The position numbers and the translations under genes are program-made. The notes beneath the pieces are model-generated. The model ran no database searches. It was not told the DNA's origin and saw nothing but the letters and a program-made list of their open reading frames with translations. From Candidatus Moraniibacteriota bacterium (lineage in GTDB: Bacteria; Patescibacteriota; Minisyncoccia; Moranbacterales; GCA-2747515): DNA of 64,000 nt. Below, piece by piece: positions 50,461-63,300 of this stretch (the first letter of the stretch is position 1; every line of letters starts with the position of its first letter). The stretch spans positions 961,734 through 1,025,733 of the forward strand of contig CP175956.1 in NCBI GenBank assembly GCA_046116545.1, in the 5' to 3' direction.

Positions 50461-51558
50461 TTACCCCATACCTATTATTCCTATAATAAGCCCCAGACTA
50501 ACCATGACGGCTGTGAAAATCCATGCCCTCATCGTAATCTTCGGTTCAGGCCAACCCAATGCTTCAAAATGATGATGTATTGGAGCTGCTAAAAATACTT
50601 TTCGTTTGAAAAATTTCTTTGAAGTAATTTGTATAAATGCACTACCTGATTCTAATACATACACAAATACTATAATAAACAATATAACAACTGAATTAGT
50701 GAGCATGGCAACAACCCCTAACGTAGCGCCTAAACTTATAGCCCCTGTGTCCCCCATAAAAAATCTAGCTGGGTAAACATTAAACCATAAGAATGCAAGT
50801 AAAGCACCTGATATTGCCAAACAAAAAGCAGCTAAGTCAACCTTATTTTGCGTAAATGCAATAAGTGCAAAAGCTGAAAAAGCCATCATGAGTATTCCCC
50901 CATTCAAACCATCAAGCCCATCTGTTTCATTTGAAGAAAATGCTGTAAAGATAATAACAAATATAAACAATGGTATATACCATAAACCTATACTGAAATC
51001 TCCAACTGCTGGAATGTGCATAACATCCCATCCCAGTTTTGAATAAAACCACCAAGCTCCTAATGCAGCTATACCAAATAACCACCAAAATCTTACTGCA
51101 AACCTCATGCCACCACCTTTATTACTTCCCCATCCCCGAACACTCATTACATCATCAAATAGGCCCAATATGCCTGTTGCTATCAAGGCAAATAATGGTA
51201 GCCATGTTTGACTACGAGAAAGAAAATCCATTCTTGCCAAAAAATTAATGTCCATGAGCCAAGCTATCAACGGAAAAATATAATGCGATGCTAATATAAA
51301 AATAAATATACTAAACCAAACTATTACACCTCCCATCGTAGGAGTTCCTGCTTTATCTGCGTGAAGAGTATTAACAAATTGCAATGAATCACCCTGAACA
51401 CTTTTTTTCTTTATTTTAATCCCTAACTTATATTTATATAAAAAATGAGTCCATATAGGAGTTATCAGAAATGCAAGACAAAACGCCATAATACCTGTAA
51501 GCATTATCTTTAAAACATTTTCGATTTCTGGCGTTCCACAAATTGCTTGAAGTTCCAT
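50461..51558 (-). CDS. mraY: Phospho-N-acetylmuramoyl-pentapeptide transferase
   Basis: 10-TM protein with GLFDDV (DD motif) and PIHHHFEALGWPEPKI, which matches the MraY HHH loop. Confidence 0.8.
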   Translation of the reverse strand: MELQAICGTPEIENVLKIMLTGIMAFCLAFLITPIWTHFLYKYKLGIKIKKKSVQGDSLQFVNTLHADKAGTPTMGGVIVWFSIFIFILASHYIFPLIAWLMDINFLARMDFLSRSQTWLPLFALIATGILGLFDDVMSVRGWGSNKGGGMRFAVRFWWLFGIAALGAWWFYSKLGWDVMHIPAVGDFSIGLWYIPLFIFVIIFTAFSSNETDGLDGLNGGILMMAFSAFALIAFTQNKVDLAAFCLAISGALLAFLWFNVYPARFFMGDTGAISLGATLGVVAMLTNSVVILFIIVFVYVLESGSAFIQITSKKFFKRKVFLAAPIHHHFEALGWPEPKITMRAWIFTAVMVSLGLIIGIIGMG

Positions 51559-51579
51559 ATATAATTATTATAACACAAC

Positions 51580-52647
51580 TTACTTCCAAACGTAATTTTC
51601 AAATGCCCACTCACTCATTTTTTGAACATCATTAAATCTTTGATAATCATCTAGAACTATAGAGACAATGTCATGTTCTTTGTCAGTACTAGTTGAAGTG
51701 AGCGCTAAACAATATCCAGCCCTAGGAGTAAACCCTGTTTTAGCACCTACTAAATTATCCATCTCACCTACTAATCTATTTGTATTTTTTAGCTCATGTA
51801 CAATTTCACCATCCACAGATGTAAATGTTCCTTCTTTTGTTTTCATTATGTCCCACAAAACACTATATTTATCATGTTTTCTCAAATGAGCAACAACTCT
51901 GGCTATGTCATAAGCACTTGAATAACAGGATTCTTCATTTTCATCCAATTCTAACCCAGATGGTCTACAAAAATTTGTGTTTCCAGCACCTACCTCTTTC
52001 ATACGAGCATTCATAAGTTTTGCAAACTCCTCTTCACTCCCAGCAATATGTATCGCCAGAGTTGTAGCTACATCATTTGCACTAAACATCAGCATTGCTC
52101 TTAATAAATCTTTTACTCTAACTTTTTCACCCACTTGCAACCTTGGAGCATTACAAATAACTGACGTAGGACAACCCACTTTTGTACCTTCAATTCTCAT
52201 AACTGACTCAGGTATTACAACAACTTCATTTAAATCTCTAATTCTATCAATCACAACCATTGCCGTAACTAATTTTGTAATCGAAGCAATTGACCTTCTT
52301 TCAGTTGAGTTCTTTTCCCATAAAATAGTACCTGACTTTGTATCAAATATAATTCCCGCATGAGCATCTTCAACGCTCAAATTATAAAAATCCTCTTTCT
52401 TTACAGGCTGACTAATAACTTCTGTAATGATATCATTTTGTTTAGACAAAACAGTTTTCATCCTTCGGATTTTTTCCTTACTAACTTGATTGTCCTTACG
52501 TAATTCTATTTCTTCATTTTTAACAATATTTTCATCATTTTTTTGCACAAATATACTAACACCTATTATAAATGCAAAAAACACAAATACAGCAACTGGA
52601 TATGTTACTAATGAATTTTGTTGTTTTTTAGATAATTCTTCTGTCAT
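51580..52647 (-). CDS. D-alanyl-D-alanine carboxypeptidase (peptidase S11, PBP5-like)
   Basis: SxxK active site SIASITK, SxN and KTG triads, N-terminal TM anchor. Confidence 0.75.
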   Translation of the reverse strand: MTEELSKKQQNSLVTYPVAVFVFFAFIIGVSIFVQKNDENIVKNEEIELRKDNQVSKEKIRRMKTVLSKQNDIITEVISQPVKKEDFYNLSVEDAHAGIIFDTKSGTILWEKNSTERRSIASITKLVTAMVVIDRIRDLNEVVVIPESVMRIEGTKVGCPTSVICNAPRLQVGEKVRVKDLLRAMLMFSANDVATTLAIHIAGSEEEFAKLMNARMKEVGAGNTNFCRPSGLELDENEESCYSSAYDIARVVAHLRKHDKYSVLWDIMKTKEGTFTSVDGEIVHELKNTNRLVGEMDNLVGAKTGFTPRAGYCLALTSTSTDKEHDIVSIVLDDYQRFNDVQKMSEWAFENYVWK

Positions 52648-52672
52648 AAAAAATACAATGAATCAATCTCAA

Positions 52673-53251
52673 TTAAAGCTGTCCTTGATTTTCATTATCA
52701 CTGTAAATTATAGCGTCAATTCGCTTATCATTTGAAAGCTCTTCAAATTCTGGTAATTCATTAACTGATTCTACGCCCAAAACACGCAAAAAATCAATTG
52801 TTGTCTGATATTTCTGTAATCTTTTATTTTCTTCGTTTTTTGATTGTTCTATCAAACCTCTTCTTTTCAAATTTCTGATAGTAAATGCACAATTGACTCC
52901 ACGAATTGCCTCTACATCAATTTTATTAATTGGTCCACGGTAAGCTATAATAGCCAAAACTTCCATAGCAACTGGAGTCAAAGGACCTTCCAATTCTTTT
53001 TTTGTAATTTGTTCAATGATTTTAGATGATTCAGGATTTGTAACCATTTGAATTTCATCATCATGACTCAAAATACGCATACCACAACTCTTTCGTGATT
53101 CATATTCTTCTTTTAAATTATCAACAGCAGACTTCACATCTTCATCAGTCAGCTCCAATAATTCGCCGATTTTATCAAATGTTATTTCTCTTCCATACAT
53201 AAATAACAAAGATTCCAAAACTGCAACAATATTTATATTTTTATTCTCCAT
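52673..53251 (-). CDS. scpB: Segregation and condensation protein B
   Basis: Winged-helix ScpB N-terminus (IVAVLESLLFMYGREITFDKIGELL). Confidence 0.8.
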   Translation of the reverse strand: MENKNINIVAVLESLLFMYGREITFDKIGELLELTDEDVKSAVDNLKEEYESRKSCGMRILSHDDEIQMVTNPESSKIIEQITKKELEGPLTPVAMEVLAIIAYRGPINKIDVEAIRGVNCAFTIRNLKRRGLIEQSKNEENKRLQKYQTTIDFLRVLGVESVNELPEFEELSNDKRIDAIIYSDNENQGQL

Positions 53252-53266
53252 AATTCATAATATTAA

Positions 53267-54001
53267 TTAAGTCTTTACTTTATCATTTTTAATGATGATA
53301 TCCTCAAAAACACTACTCTGTTTTACAATAACAATTTGCTGTTTCACCAATTCCAAAATTGCCAAAAATGATACAACCACCTCAGATTTATCTGTCGCAT
53401 TTTTAGTTATTTCAGAAAATATAATTATAGCTCTTTGCTCTACACTCTTTTGAATAAATACAATTCTACGCTCCAATGATATCACATCACTAACAATTTT
53501 TTCTTCCAATGATTCCATCCTGGGAATAGTATGTAATGATGATAAAAATGCACTTCTCAAGTCTTCAAGTACAATTCCTTCAGGCGGACAAAAATGAGCA
53601 TCCTGACCCCAAACTCCTTTATTACTGTAAGAACCTTGTGTTACTTCAAAAAAATCATTAAATGTTTCATTATGATCTTTAAAAACTTTGAGAGCTGCTA
53701 ACTGTCTTTCAAGTTCCTCTAAATCACTTTCTTCTTCCTCATCTAATTGTAGCAATGGAAGAAGCGCCTGAGATTTAACCAGAATCAGCTTGGCTGCCAC
53801 TGACAAAAAATCAGTAAGATTACTGAGTGAAATATCTTCTTTTTCATTGATATAATTCAAATATTCATCTGTAATATTAGCTAGCGAAACTCTAGTAATA
53901 TCAACCTTTTCCTTATCAATTAAATCCAAGAGTAAATCAAGAGGACCTTCAAATTGTTCAGTTTTTACTTTATAAGTCATAAAAATAGTATACCACAACA
54001 A
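53267..54001 (-). CDS. scpA: Segregation and condensation protein A
   Basis: FEGPLDLLLDLIDKEKVDITRVSLANITDEYL is the ScpA N-terminal signature. Followed by scpB. Confidence 0.75.
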   Translation of the reverse strand: MLWYTIFMTYKVKTEQFEGPLDLLLDLIDKEKVDITRVSLANITDEYLNYINEKEDISLSNLTDFLSVAAKLILVKSQALLPLLQLDEEEESDLEELERQLAALKVFKDHNETFNDFFEVTQGSYSNKGVWGQDAHFCPPEGIVLEDLRSAFLSSLHTIPRMESLEEKIVSDVISLERRIVFIQKSVEQRAIIIFSEITKNATDKSEVVVSFLAILELVKQQIVIVKQSSVFEDIIIKNDKVKT

Positions 54002-54056
54002 CTAACTTATTGAGAACTAATAGACAGTAGTTATTCAAATCTATCCAAACTAAATA

Positions 54057-54128
54057 TTTTGTCATTCCAGAAATGTATATTTTTCCAAGAACGAAGTGAT
54101 TAGTAAAAAAATATCATTGTCCGGAATC
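54057..54128. repeat. Copy B of the repeated intergenic element with TTCCGGAA-type ends
   Basis: Left end ttttgtcattccagaaatg, right end cattgtccggaatcc. Its position and orientation relative to the downstream gene start (scpA) match copy A. Confidence 0.5.
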
Positions 54129-54338
54129 CATCCTAACAAATTAAAAAAATTAAGTCTTACAAAAAGATTACCACTTTCACTGGAACTCCCATGAATACAC
54201 CAAAATAGTTACAATGGATAATAATTCATAATAAATTATCAATCTATTTACAGAAACTACTCCAACATACCTTACAAAACAATAACTGATTAATTATTTA
54301 TTAATCAGCTATTACTTTTAGTTTTTATTCTTCAAGAC

Positions 54339-57300
54339 TTAATTAACAACAAACCAATCAACAACTAAATCCTCCTCTAATATATTTCCAATTTCAACGA
54401 TAAATCCACCTTCAATAATATTTTTCACTTGCGTAGCAACAATATTAACAGCATCTCTAACTGTCACAAACACACGACTACCCTCATGAACTCCATCACT
54501 TTCAATTGAAACCTCAGTCTCACCAGCAACTATAGTAGCAGTTCCAATGGATGAAGCATTGATTTCGTTACCTTGTTCATCGTGTGTTGTTATATCGTCA
54601 TTGATGTTCAATGTATTTGTTTCTATACTATTTACTTTTAAGTCATCTAATACAGTTAGACCTTCTATCGTGGTTATGAGTCTTGTAGTAGACATTGTAT
54701 TATTATCTATTGTAAACAAGAATCTTTCATTTATGGCTAGAACTGTATCTGAATTTTTAGACACTGTACTTGCTAGATCTGACTGATATCCATCTAATTC
54801 ATCCATTCTATCTTCTATTTCAGTTAGAGTTTCTGTTGCTAAAGTATTTGCATTTATTTGTAGTGACAGTACCTCGTGCCTGTCATTAATTCCTCCTATG
54901 TCATCCTGAACTTGATTCAGGATCTCAGATGCATCATTTGTTTGTAATGACAAACCTAATTGTTTATCATTTAAATCTATAATTTGAGTATCAATTTCTG
55001 TTATCTTTTGTGGAGTTGGTAGGTTTGATATATCTATCAGATTTAGATTTGGTACTTCTTGTCCTGTTGTTATATCTGTTATATATATTAGTTGTTGTCC
55101 TGTTAGTTTTTCTATCAATCTTACTGTTTTTGTCATATCTACATTTATTGATTTGTTGTCTTTTTCTGAGTAATAGCTCCATGCTAATTCTTCACTTTCT
55201 CCTCCGGGTATAGTTGAGAAATTATGTGGAGATAGAGTTGTTGTATTTCCTGCTTCATCTCTTACTCTTAGTTCATGGGACCCACTTTGATCTACTGCAA
55301 ACAGTTGTATCCCATTAACTATTGATGTTGTTGGAGCTATTGAGTTTGAGATTGTTAGGATATTATCTGCGTTTGTTCCATAGTTTGAACTTCCTATTCC
55401 TACATTTCCTGATGTGTAGGCTATATTATTTCCTGTTTGGGTCCAGAGTGATGATGCGCTTGATGTTCCACTATCAATGAGTGAACCTGAAAACTTAGTT
55501 TGATAAATTGTACCACCAATGATTGTTCCACCACCATTATTCACCCACAATTCTACATAGTCAGTTGTTCCATTCATATCAATAATATCGGACGTCATAG
55601 TAAGTCCATCTGAATCCCGAGTAAACCCATGTGACCAATAGGTGTCATTTTTTTTAATCATAACAGAACATGACGTCGTGTCATCGCAATATGCAGAACC
55701 CGTTAATGAATATTTTCCTGTGATTGTTGGCTGAAACTTATCAGTTACTAAATCAAAATCATTATTAGAATCAAATGCCTCATTTGACCATGTTACTTTT
55801 GTCCATGTGTTTGTTGTTACTGTTTGATTTGTTCCATTTTTATTTACACTAAAACTAGATGATAATTCGACTGCACTATCTGCACATTCCCATGCACTAC
55901 CTGCTTCATTATATGAAAGAGTTTGACCATCTGTACATGTTGGTAAACTTGTTCCAGATGAAGTCATCACAGCGTCAGTCGTTTCAACTGAAGTTGTTTT
56001 GAATGATTCTTCAGCAATAGCTATGTAAATGTAGGTACTTCCATTATAATTCATCTCAGGATTTGCACCTCTTTGTTTAAAACCATTGGATAATATATCC
56101 AACTGATTTTGAGGGGATCTCGTAGAACCATCATTTTCAACTTCTAAACTATTTGCCCAAAGTTCTTGTGTTGCTACATTAGAAGGATCTCTTGCCGTAT
56201 CATGAATGCTCCAAGATTCTGCACGATTTGTATCTTTAATCATTATCCACCTTGGTTTAAATCCTGTATTAACAAAAGGTCCATCTGCACTTCCATTTCC
56301 TGTATAAGACCCAACTTTAGAGTAACCAGGAACAGAGTGGAATGCGTAGGCGATGTGAGTATTTCCACTATGATTAATGCCATCAACCGAACCCAATGAG
56401 AACACTGAAGGTGTCGGACTTGTATTATTCCAAGATCCAAAATTTTGTGCGTCTGATGTTAAATTTAAACGCAACGAATCAACATTGCCAGTAGGTTCAC
56501 TATAAACTTGCCAATTCCAAACATCACTATCTCTATCTTTAAAAATCAACATTTCAGGCTCAGAATTTAATCCATGTCCAACTGTTGCTCCTGCTATTCC
56601 ATTTCCTGTATAGCTAATTATTGAAAATCCAGCATCAGTGTTAGCAGAAACTTGCGAAGAAATTGTTCCACTTGTATTGGCAATAGCAGCTCCTCCCGCT
56701 TTCCATGCCCAAGCGACATAAGTTGCAGCATTAGAATTTGCTTGCGCTGATGTACCAACTTCAAATCCATTTGATAAAAAATTAGTTACATGATTGTAGG
56801 TATTTTCTATAGCTGTAGAATCTGATGATAATCCCTTAAGAACCCCTCTCACAGAATCTACTAAGGCATGTGAATTTAAATTGCTGCGTTGCTTTAACCA
56901 CACTAAATCAGGCTGAAAATCCAATCCTGTAATTGATTGTGTAGTTCCATTACCTGTATAAGTTGCTACATCAAAATGTTCCGATGGTTTAATTATTGTT
57001 GAACTTGGTAAATTCGCTGAAGAAAGAGCTTTGAATCCAGTAGGTGGAGTATACTTGAAATATCCGTTAGCATCAGAGTCGTAAGTTAAACTGGCTTGAG
57101 CATTTTGACCAAAATTGATAGCTACTTTATCTGCAGTAGACACCACTGGGAATACCGTATCACTTAAACCACTAAATGCAGTGCCTTGACTTGACCCATT
57201 TTTATAAAATTCAATAGTTTTTGCATCCATATCTACTGCAATACCAATTACATCATTTGTCGTAAATGTATCACCGTAACTAGCACCACTTCCATTATTC

Positions 57301-60300
57301 CATTTTTGACCACTATCACCCGCATAAACATATCCAGCTGGAGTACTTCCAACCCATGTATCCAATCCTGTTTCTGTATCAGTTGCAACTCCAGCATGAA
57401 TATCATTAGCATTTGATTCCCATGTTGTTTCCCAATACCATTTGCCAGATGATATACCAATAGTACCTCTAGGACTTCTGTATGCTACCGATGAAGCAAA
57501 TTCGAGATTTCCCTCTGTATATGTTTCATCAGAAATATTTAACAATGGATTAAATACTGCAAAATTATTAAACGGAGTATCAATAACTTGATCAGTCGCA
57601 TCAAGGTTGTTTGTTGTCCATGTATTGCTATTTCCAGATATATCTGCACCTAGATTTGTATCATCTTCAAAATTTAAGTGAAACCCATTTGTTCCGTAAG
57701 TACCAGAGTAATCTTTTGCTATCCATTTTCCTGTTGTGGCATCTATTTCTCCAAAACTTGTTGGAGTAAGTGCTTGACCATCAATAAAGTTGATATCGGA
57801 GAGGTAACCATCAAAAGGAAGTGTGGCATCATCACTAAGATCCACTCCAGCTCCTAGATAATGAGCAATGTTACTATTTGACATTAGGTCAGCATCCTGA
57901 GCAGGATAATTACTTGTAGTAAACTCTGTTATCTGTTCTCCATCAACAAATAATTTTGTTCTATTGGAAGCAGTTGCTTGTGTTGTGTCAATTTGCACAG
58001 CTATATGATACCAAGTGGATGAATCCCTATAAACAGAACTTGTTATCAACATTAAAGCATCTGTGTTTTGACTATCGTTAATTCTAATTTGATCATCAGC
58101 CGTAAAATTCATAACAAAGAAGTCTCCACCACCCGTCCTTGTTTCAACAAAGAATTGATTTGTTCCCAAATTTCCTCTCTTCACCCAACCACTCCAAGTC
58201 CAAGTCTTCCTATTTCCAGCAGAGCTTGGTGTTCTTGATAGATAAGCTGAATCATCGTCATTGAAACGAAGCGCGTTTTTAATAATGTCTTCTTGAACAC
58301 ACTCCCAAGTACTATTTACATCATTATAAGTTAAATCCCCTCCATTTGGACAAGTTGGTGTACTCCCACTGGAGAAAACACCCCAAGCAGTTCCATTACA
58401 AAACTCCATGACTTTTGTAGAGTCATTGTATCTCATTGCACCTTCTTTGTTTGCGTCACATGCATCTGTATCACCTCCTAATTGAATAGAACTTGTTGTT
58501 TTAATTTTATTATCAAAATTAAATGTATTACTTGCTGTAAGGTAACTTATCACACCTTCATCTCCATCTTCTCCTATATGTAATGATGATGGTCCTAGGT
58601 ATAGATCTCTAAATCTATTTGTTGAAGATCCTAGGTCGTATGTATCATCTGTATCTGGTCCTATATGTCCTGCTACTTGTAGTGTGAAGTTATCTGGTGT
58701 TGTTGTTCCTATTCCTATATTTCCTATATCGTAATATGCGTCTGATCCATTTGCTGTCCATAGGGATGAACCACTTGTTCCGGTTGTATCATATTTTACT
58801 TTCCAATCTTTATTTTCATCTAATGTTGGGAATACTGTGTTTATTGGGGCTTTATAGATTACATTTGTAGCAACGCTTCCGTTATACCCTCCAAAAAGGT
58901 ACACATAATCACCAACAATTGCCATCTGAGAAACTCCTAAATTACCTGGTAATACCGAACTTGTATTTACCCAATTTGTTGGGTCTGATATTGGTGCTCT
59001 ATAAATCAGACTTGTATACGATCCATTGTACCCTCCAAAAAGATATACGTAATCACCAATAATGGCTAATTGTGAAAGGCGTAAGATACCTGGTAATGTT
59101 GAACCTGTATCTACCCAATTTGTTGGGTCTGATATTGGTGCACGATAAATTTCATTCATAGCTGTACCAGTACTATCACCACCAAAAAGATATACGTGAT
59201 CACCAATAATTGCCACTTGAGATTGACTGAAAGTTCCTGGTAATGTTGAACCTGTATCTACCCAATTTGTTGGGTCTGCTGTTGGTGCTCTATATATCGT
59301 ATTTACAACTAAACTATCTACACCACCAAAAAGATATACGTAATCACCAATAATGGCTACTTGAGAATTTCGCAGATTACTTGGTAATGTTGAACCTGTA
59401 TCTACCCAATTTGTTGGGTCTGCTGTTGGTGCTCTATATATAGTATTTACACTTACAGCAGCAGCATATCCACCAAAAAGATATACGTAATCACCAATAA
59501 TGGCTACTTGAGAATTTCGCAGATTACTTGGTAATGTTGAACCTGTATCTACCCAATTTGTTGGGTCTGCTATTGGTGCACGATAAACTATACTTGTATC
59601 TGAACCATTACCACCTCCAAAAAGATATATGTAATCACCAATAATTGCTGTTTGCGAATTATACAAAGCACCTGGTAATACAGCTCCCGTATCAACCCAC
59701 TCATTCTCAACAAGCTTTGGTTGATAAGCAGCTGAAGCAGTTCCACTCGAACTCCCAGCAGCAGAAGAACTTATTGTTACAGTTTGTGTTCCTGGTGATT
59801 TTTTAACTATTGTTAGAGTTTGATCTCCTAATCCTGTTGTTTGATATACAGTATAATCATTTGTTACATTTTTTTGTGCGTATCCTGTTGCATCAATATT
59901 TACATCTATTCTTTTTAGATTTGGGTTTTGTGTATCAGATGTTGAATAGAAAGTTGATGATAGATCAAAAGTTGTTTGATCTACTGCAAAGGATCCTGAT
60001 AATTCCCATTCTGAATCATGTATTTCTTCTAGCACTGTAGAATTCATTTGATTCATTATTCCACTTTCTACTGCTTTTGATATTGCGCTATTTGCATTAT
60101 CTTCTATTCCTGTTGTACTCCATGTATCTACGTTATCTCTAAAATACCAAGTTCCATCAGTTCCAGAGTGGACTGATGCTTCTTTACTTGCAATGTCTCT
60201 CCATGCAGTTCCTGTCCATACTTTAAATGTATGTCTATTATTGAAACTTGCTGCGTAAAATATTGATTGAGAGTTTAGATTTTCTAATACACTTACTGAG

Positions 60301-63300
60301 TTTATATCTGTCCAGTTTGCACTATCTAATCCATCCTTATTTGTTATTGTTGTTACGTATGCTCCTGTATAGTTTCCTAGGGTTTTTTCGTAGAATTCTA
60401 ATTCTGAAATACTTACATAACTTTGACCATTATTTGCAGTAATATTTATACGATAATATCTATATGCTGTATTATTTGTAAATCCACTATAATTTCTTTT
60501 TTCATTATTTAACCAAGTCATTTCAGATAATCGCGTATCTAAAGCAGTCCAAGTGTTTGCATCATTGCTTCCTTCAAATGTCCAGTCCTTTGGAGATGAA
60601 GTCGTACCATCTGTATCTCGACTTCTTACAGAATATTCATAAACAATAGCCTCATTCCCTGAACCTAAATCATATTGAAGCCAACCTGTTCTAATTCCAC
60701 TTTGAGAAATCCATTCTGATGCATTATTATCATCAAATCCATATGCTGGAAGAAATGATGTACTATATGTTGTACTAGCAGTTGCAGCACCCCCAGTAGC
60801 AATATCACTAACATATTTAACACTAGTAGCCTGTCCCAATGTATGAGCTGCATTACTTCCATCGAAGTATGTTCCATATATATTATCTACATCATATATT
60901 CCTAATTCTATTTCATTATCATTTGTGATATGAACTGATTCATTTGCTGTTCCATCTCCTGTTATGTCTGTAATTGTAAACCACTCATCTTCCATTTTAA
61001 ATCTTGATCCTACTCTTACTTTATCTGCAGTATTTCCACTTCCTATTGATACTGCTGTATCTGATACGTCTTCGAAGTGTCCTTTGTTATTGTGTTGGTC
61101 TGCGAAGAATTCTAATTCTGAAATACTTACATAACTTTGACCATTATTTGCAGTAATATTTAATCTATAATATCTATACGCTGTATCATTTGTAAATCCT
61201 GAATAGTTTCTTTTTTCAATATCTAACCATCCCATCTCAGCTGATCGTGTATCCAATGCAGTCCATGTATTTGCATCATTACTTCCTTCAAATGTCCAAT
61301 CCTTTGGAGATGAAGTATCGGCACCCGTATCTCGACTTCTTACAGAATATTCATAAATAATAGCTTCATTTCCTGAACCTAAATCATATTGCAACCAACC
61401 TGTTGGCACTCCATTTTGAGATATCCACTCTGATACATTATTATCATCAAATGCATATGATGGTAAAAATGTTCCATCATAATATGTACTAGCAGAAGCA
61501 GCACCACCCGTAGCCAAATCAGGACCAGTGCCTCCACCAGTATCAACTAAATCAACTTGGAATTGAGTTATGTTTTCTTTTAGGTCTTCTTGAGTATAGT
61601 TATCTTCTGAATTGTAATTTATGTTTTGTATTTTATCAGTTTCTGTTTGTTCTTCTGTGATACTTACAATTGCTGAACCTGATACTGTTGTTGATTCTCC
61701 TTGGCTTAGAGTTACTTGAGTTTGAGTTACTCCACTTCCTCCTGTTCCTGTTGATAGTCCTCCCCATATAGTTCCATTACAAAACTCCATGACTTTTGTA
61801 GTGTCATTGTATCTCATTGCACCTTCTTTTGTTACGTCACAAGCTGATGCGTCATTATTTAGAGTTATACTTCCTCCTATTGCTAGATTGTTTCCATCAT
61901 ATGTGAAGTTTGAGTTTTGAGTTATTGCATTTCCTGCACTATTTGCAAATTGTATTTGATTTGCACTTAGGCTTGCTGGTGTATCTGTTAATCCTGTATA
62001 TGTTGAAACTCCTCCACTTGATGTTAGAGAGTTCCATGTTGAACCATCGTATCCTTCTAGGTCTGTTCCTGACCATCTTATCATTCCTGCTACTGCATTT
62101 GTACTTGTTCCAAATACTGCTGCTTTATCAAAGTTGAAAGCTTCGTTTGTTGTATCGTAGCTTATTATTCCTTCATTTCCGTTTTCTCCTATATGTAGAG
62201 AGTTTGAGCTTAGGTATAGATCTTTCCATCTTAATAAGGTTGTTCCTAGATTATATGCATCGTCTGTTTCTGGAACTATATCTCCATCTACTTGTAGTTT
62301 ATAGTCTGGGGTTGTTGTTCCTATTCCTATGTTTCCAGTATTCAATACTGTAAGATATTTTGTAGTAAAGTTTGCATCTCCAATATGATATGCATTCGAT
62401 GCATCATCATCGACCCCCGTATAAAATCTTTCTGTAAAATCACTATTTGAATATATTGTTGCTACCTGATTATCAACTCCTGATGTATTAGACCTTAATT
62501 CTGTAGACAAATGCTGTTGACCACCTAATGATAATAATTGACTTGGACTATCTGTCCCTATTCCTACGTTTCCTGCTGTATAATTAATATTTGGTGCATC
62601 ATGAGTCCATAGTCCATTTCCTCCGTCTATTCTTGAGCCTGAAAATGATGTACTTGTTGCAGCACCTGCCACATCTTCAGAAGTAGCTGCATTGAGCATG
62701 CTCGCATAAACCTCAAAATAATCCGTTGTTCCGTTTGCTTCAACAACTTTTGATATTGTAACGGTATGATGTCTTGCGGTATCCATATCAGGTGTATACT
62801 CACGTAAGATATTTGAACCATTTTTATACAACATAACATAAGATCTGTTATTTGCATCTACTGAATTAACTGTCACTGTTGTTGTTAAAAGGTACTTACC
62901 AGGAACTGTTGGCTGAAATCTCTCATTTGTAAGGTCAAAATCACCATTAGAGTCAAAGGTCTCTGTTGACCATGTTATTTTTGCCGGATTGTCAGTAATT
63001 GTTTGAACTACATTATTTTTATGCACACTAAAACTAGGACTTATATCTCCACTCATATCTGCCCAAGATGTGTCACCTAATCCATCCGTCATAAGCACTT
63101 GTCCAGCATTTCCATATCCTGATGGTGTATCTGATAATCCTGTTAAAGTTGTTGCACCTATAGCTGATGAGTCTACCCAGTTTGTTCCTGTTGCTGTTGA
63201 AGTTAACACTTGTCCATTTAATCCTGGATCATTATTTGCATCATAATATGATCCTTCCAATCTTAAGTTTCCATTTATATGAAGGAGTTGTGATGGACTT

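Noticed and set aside
58830-59730. Possible CRISPR array suggested by the regular ~147-bp repeats
   Set aside because: The repeats are in-frame coding units (Kelch-like blades) with no short unique spacers and no cas genes nearby.
61910-62353. Leu-rich plus-strand ORFs inside the giant gene (also 55010..55213, 59810..60040, 60248..60442)
   Set aside because: They are antisense to a much longer, domain-rich minus-strand ORF. Leu/Phe-rich translations are the expected artefact of reading AT-rich coding DNA in reverse.
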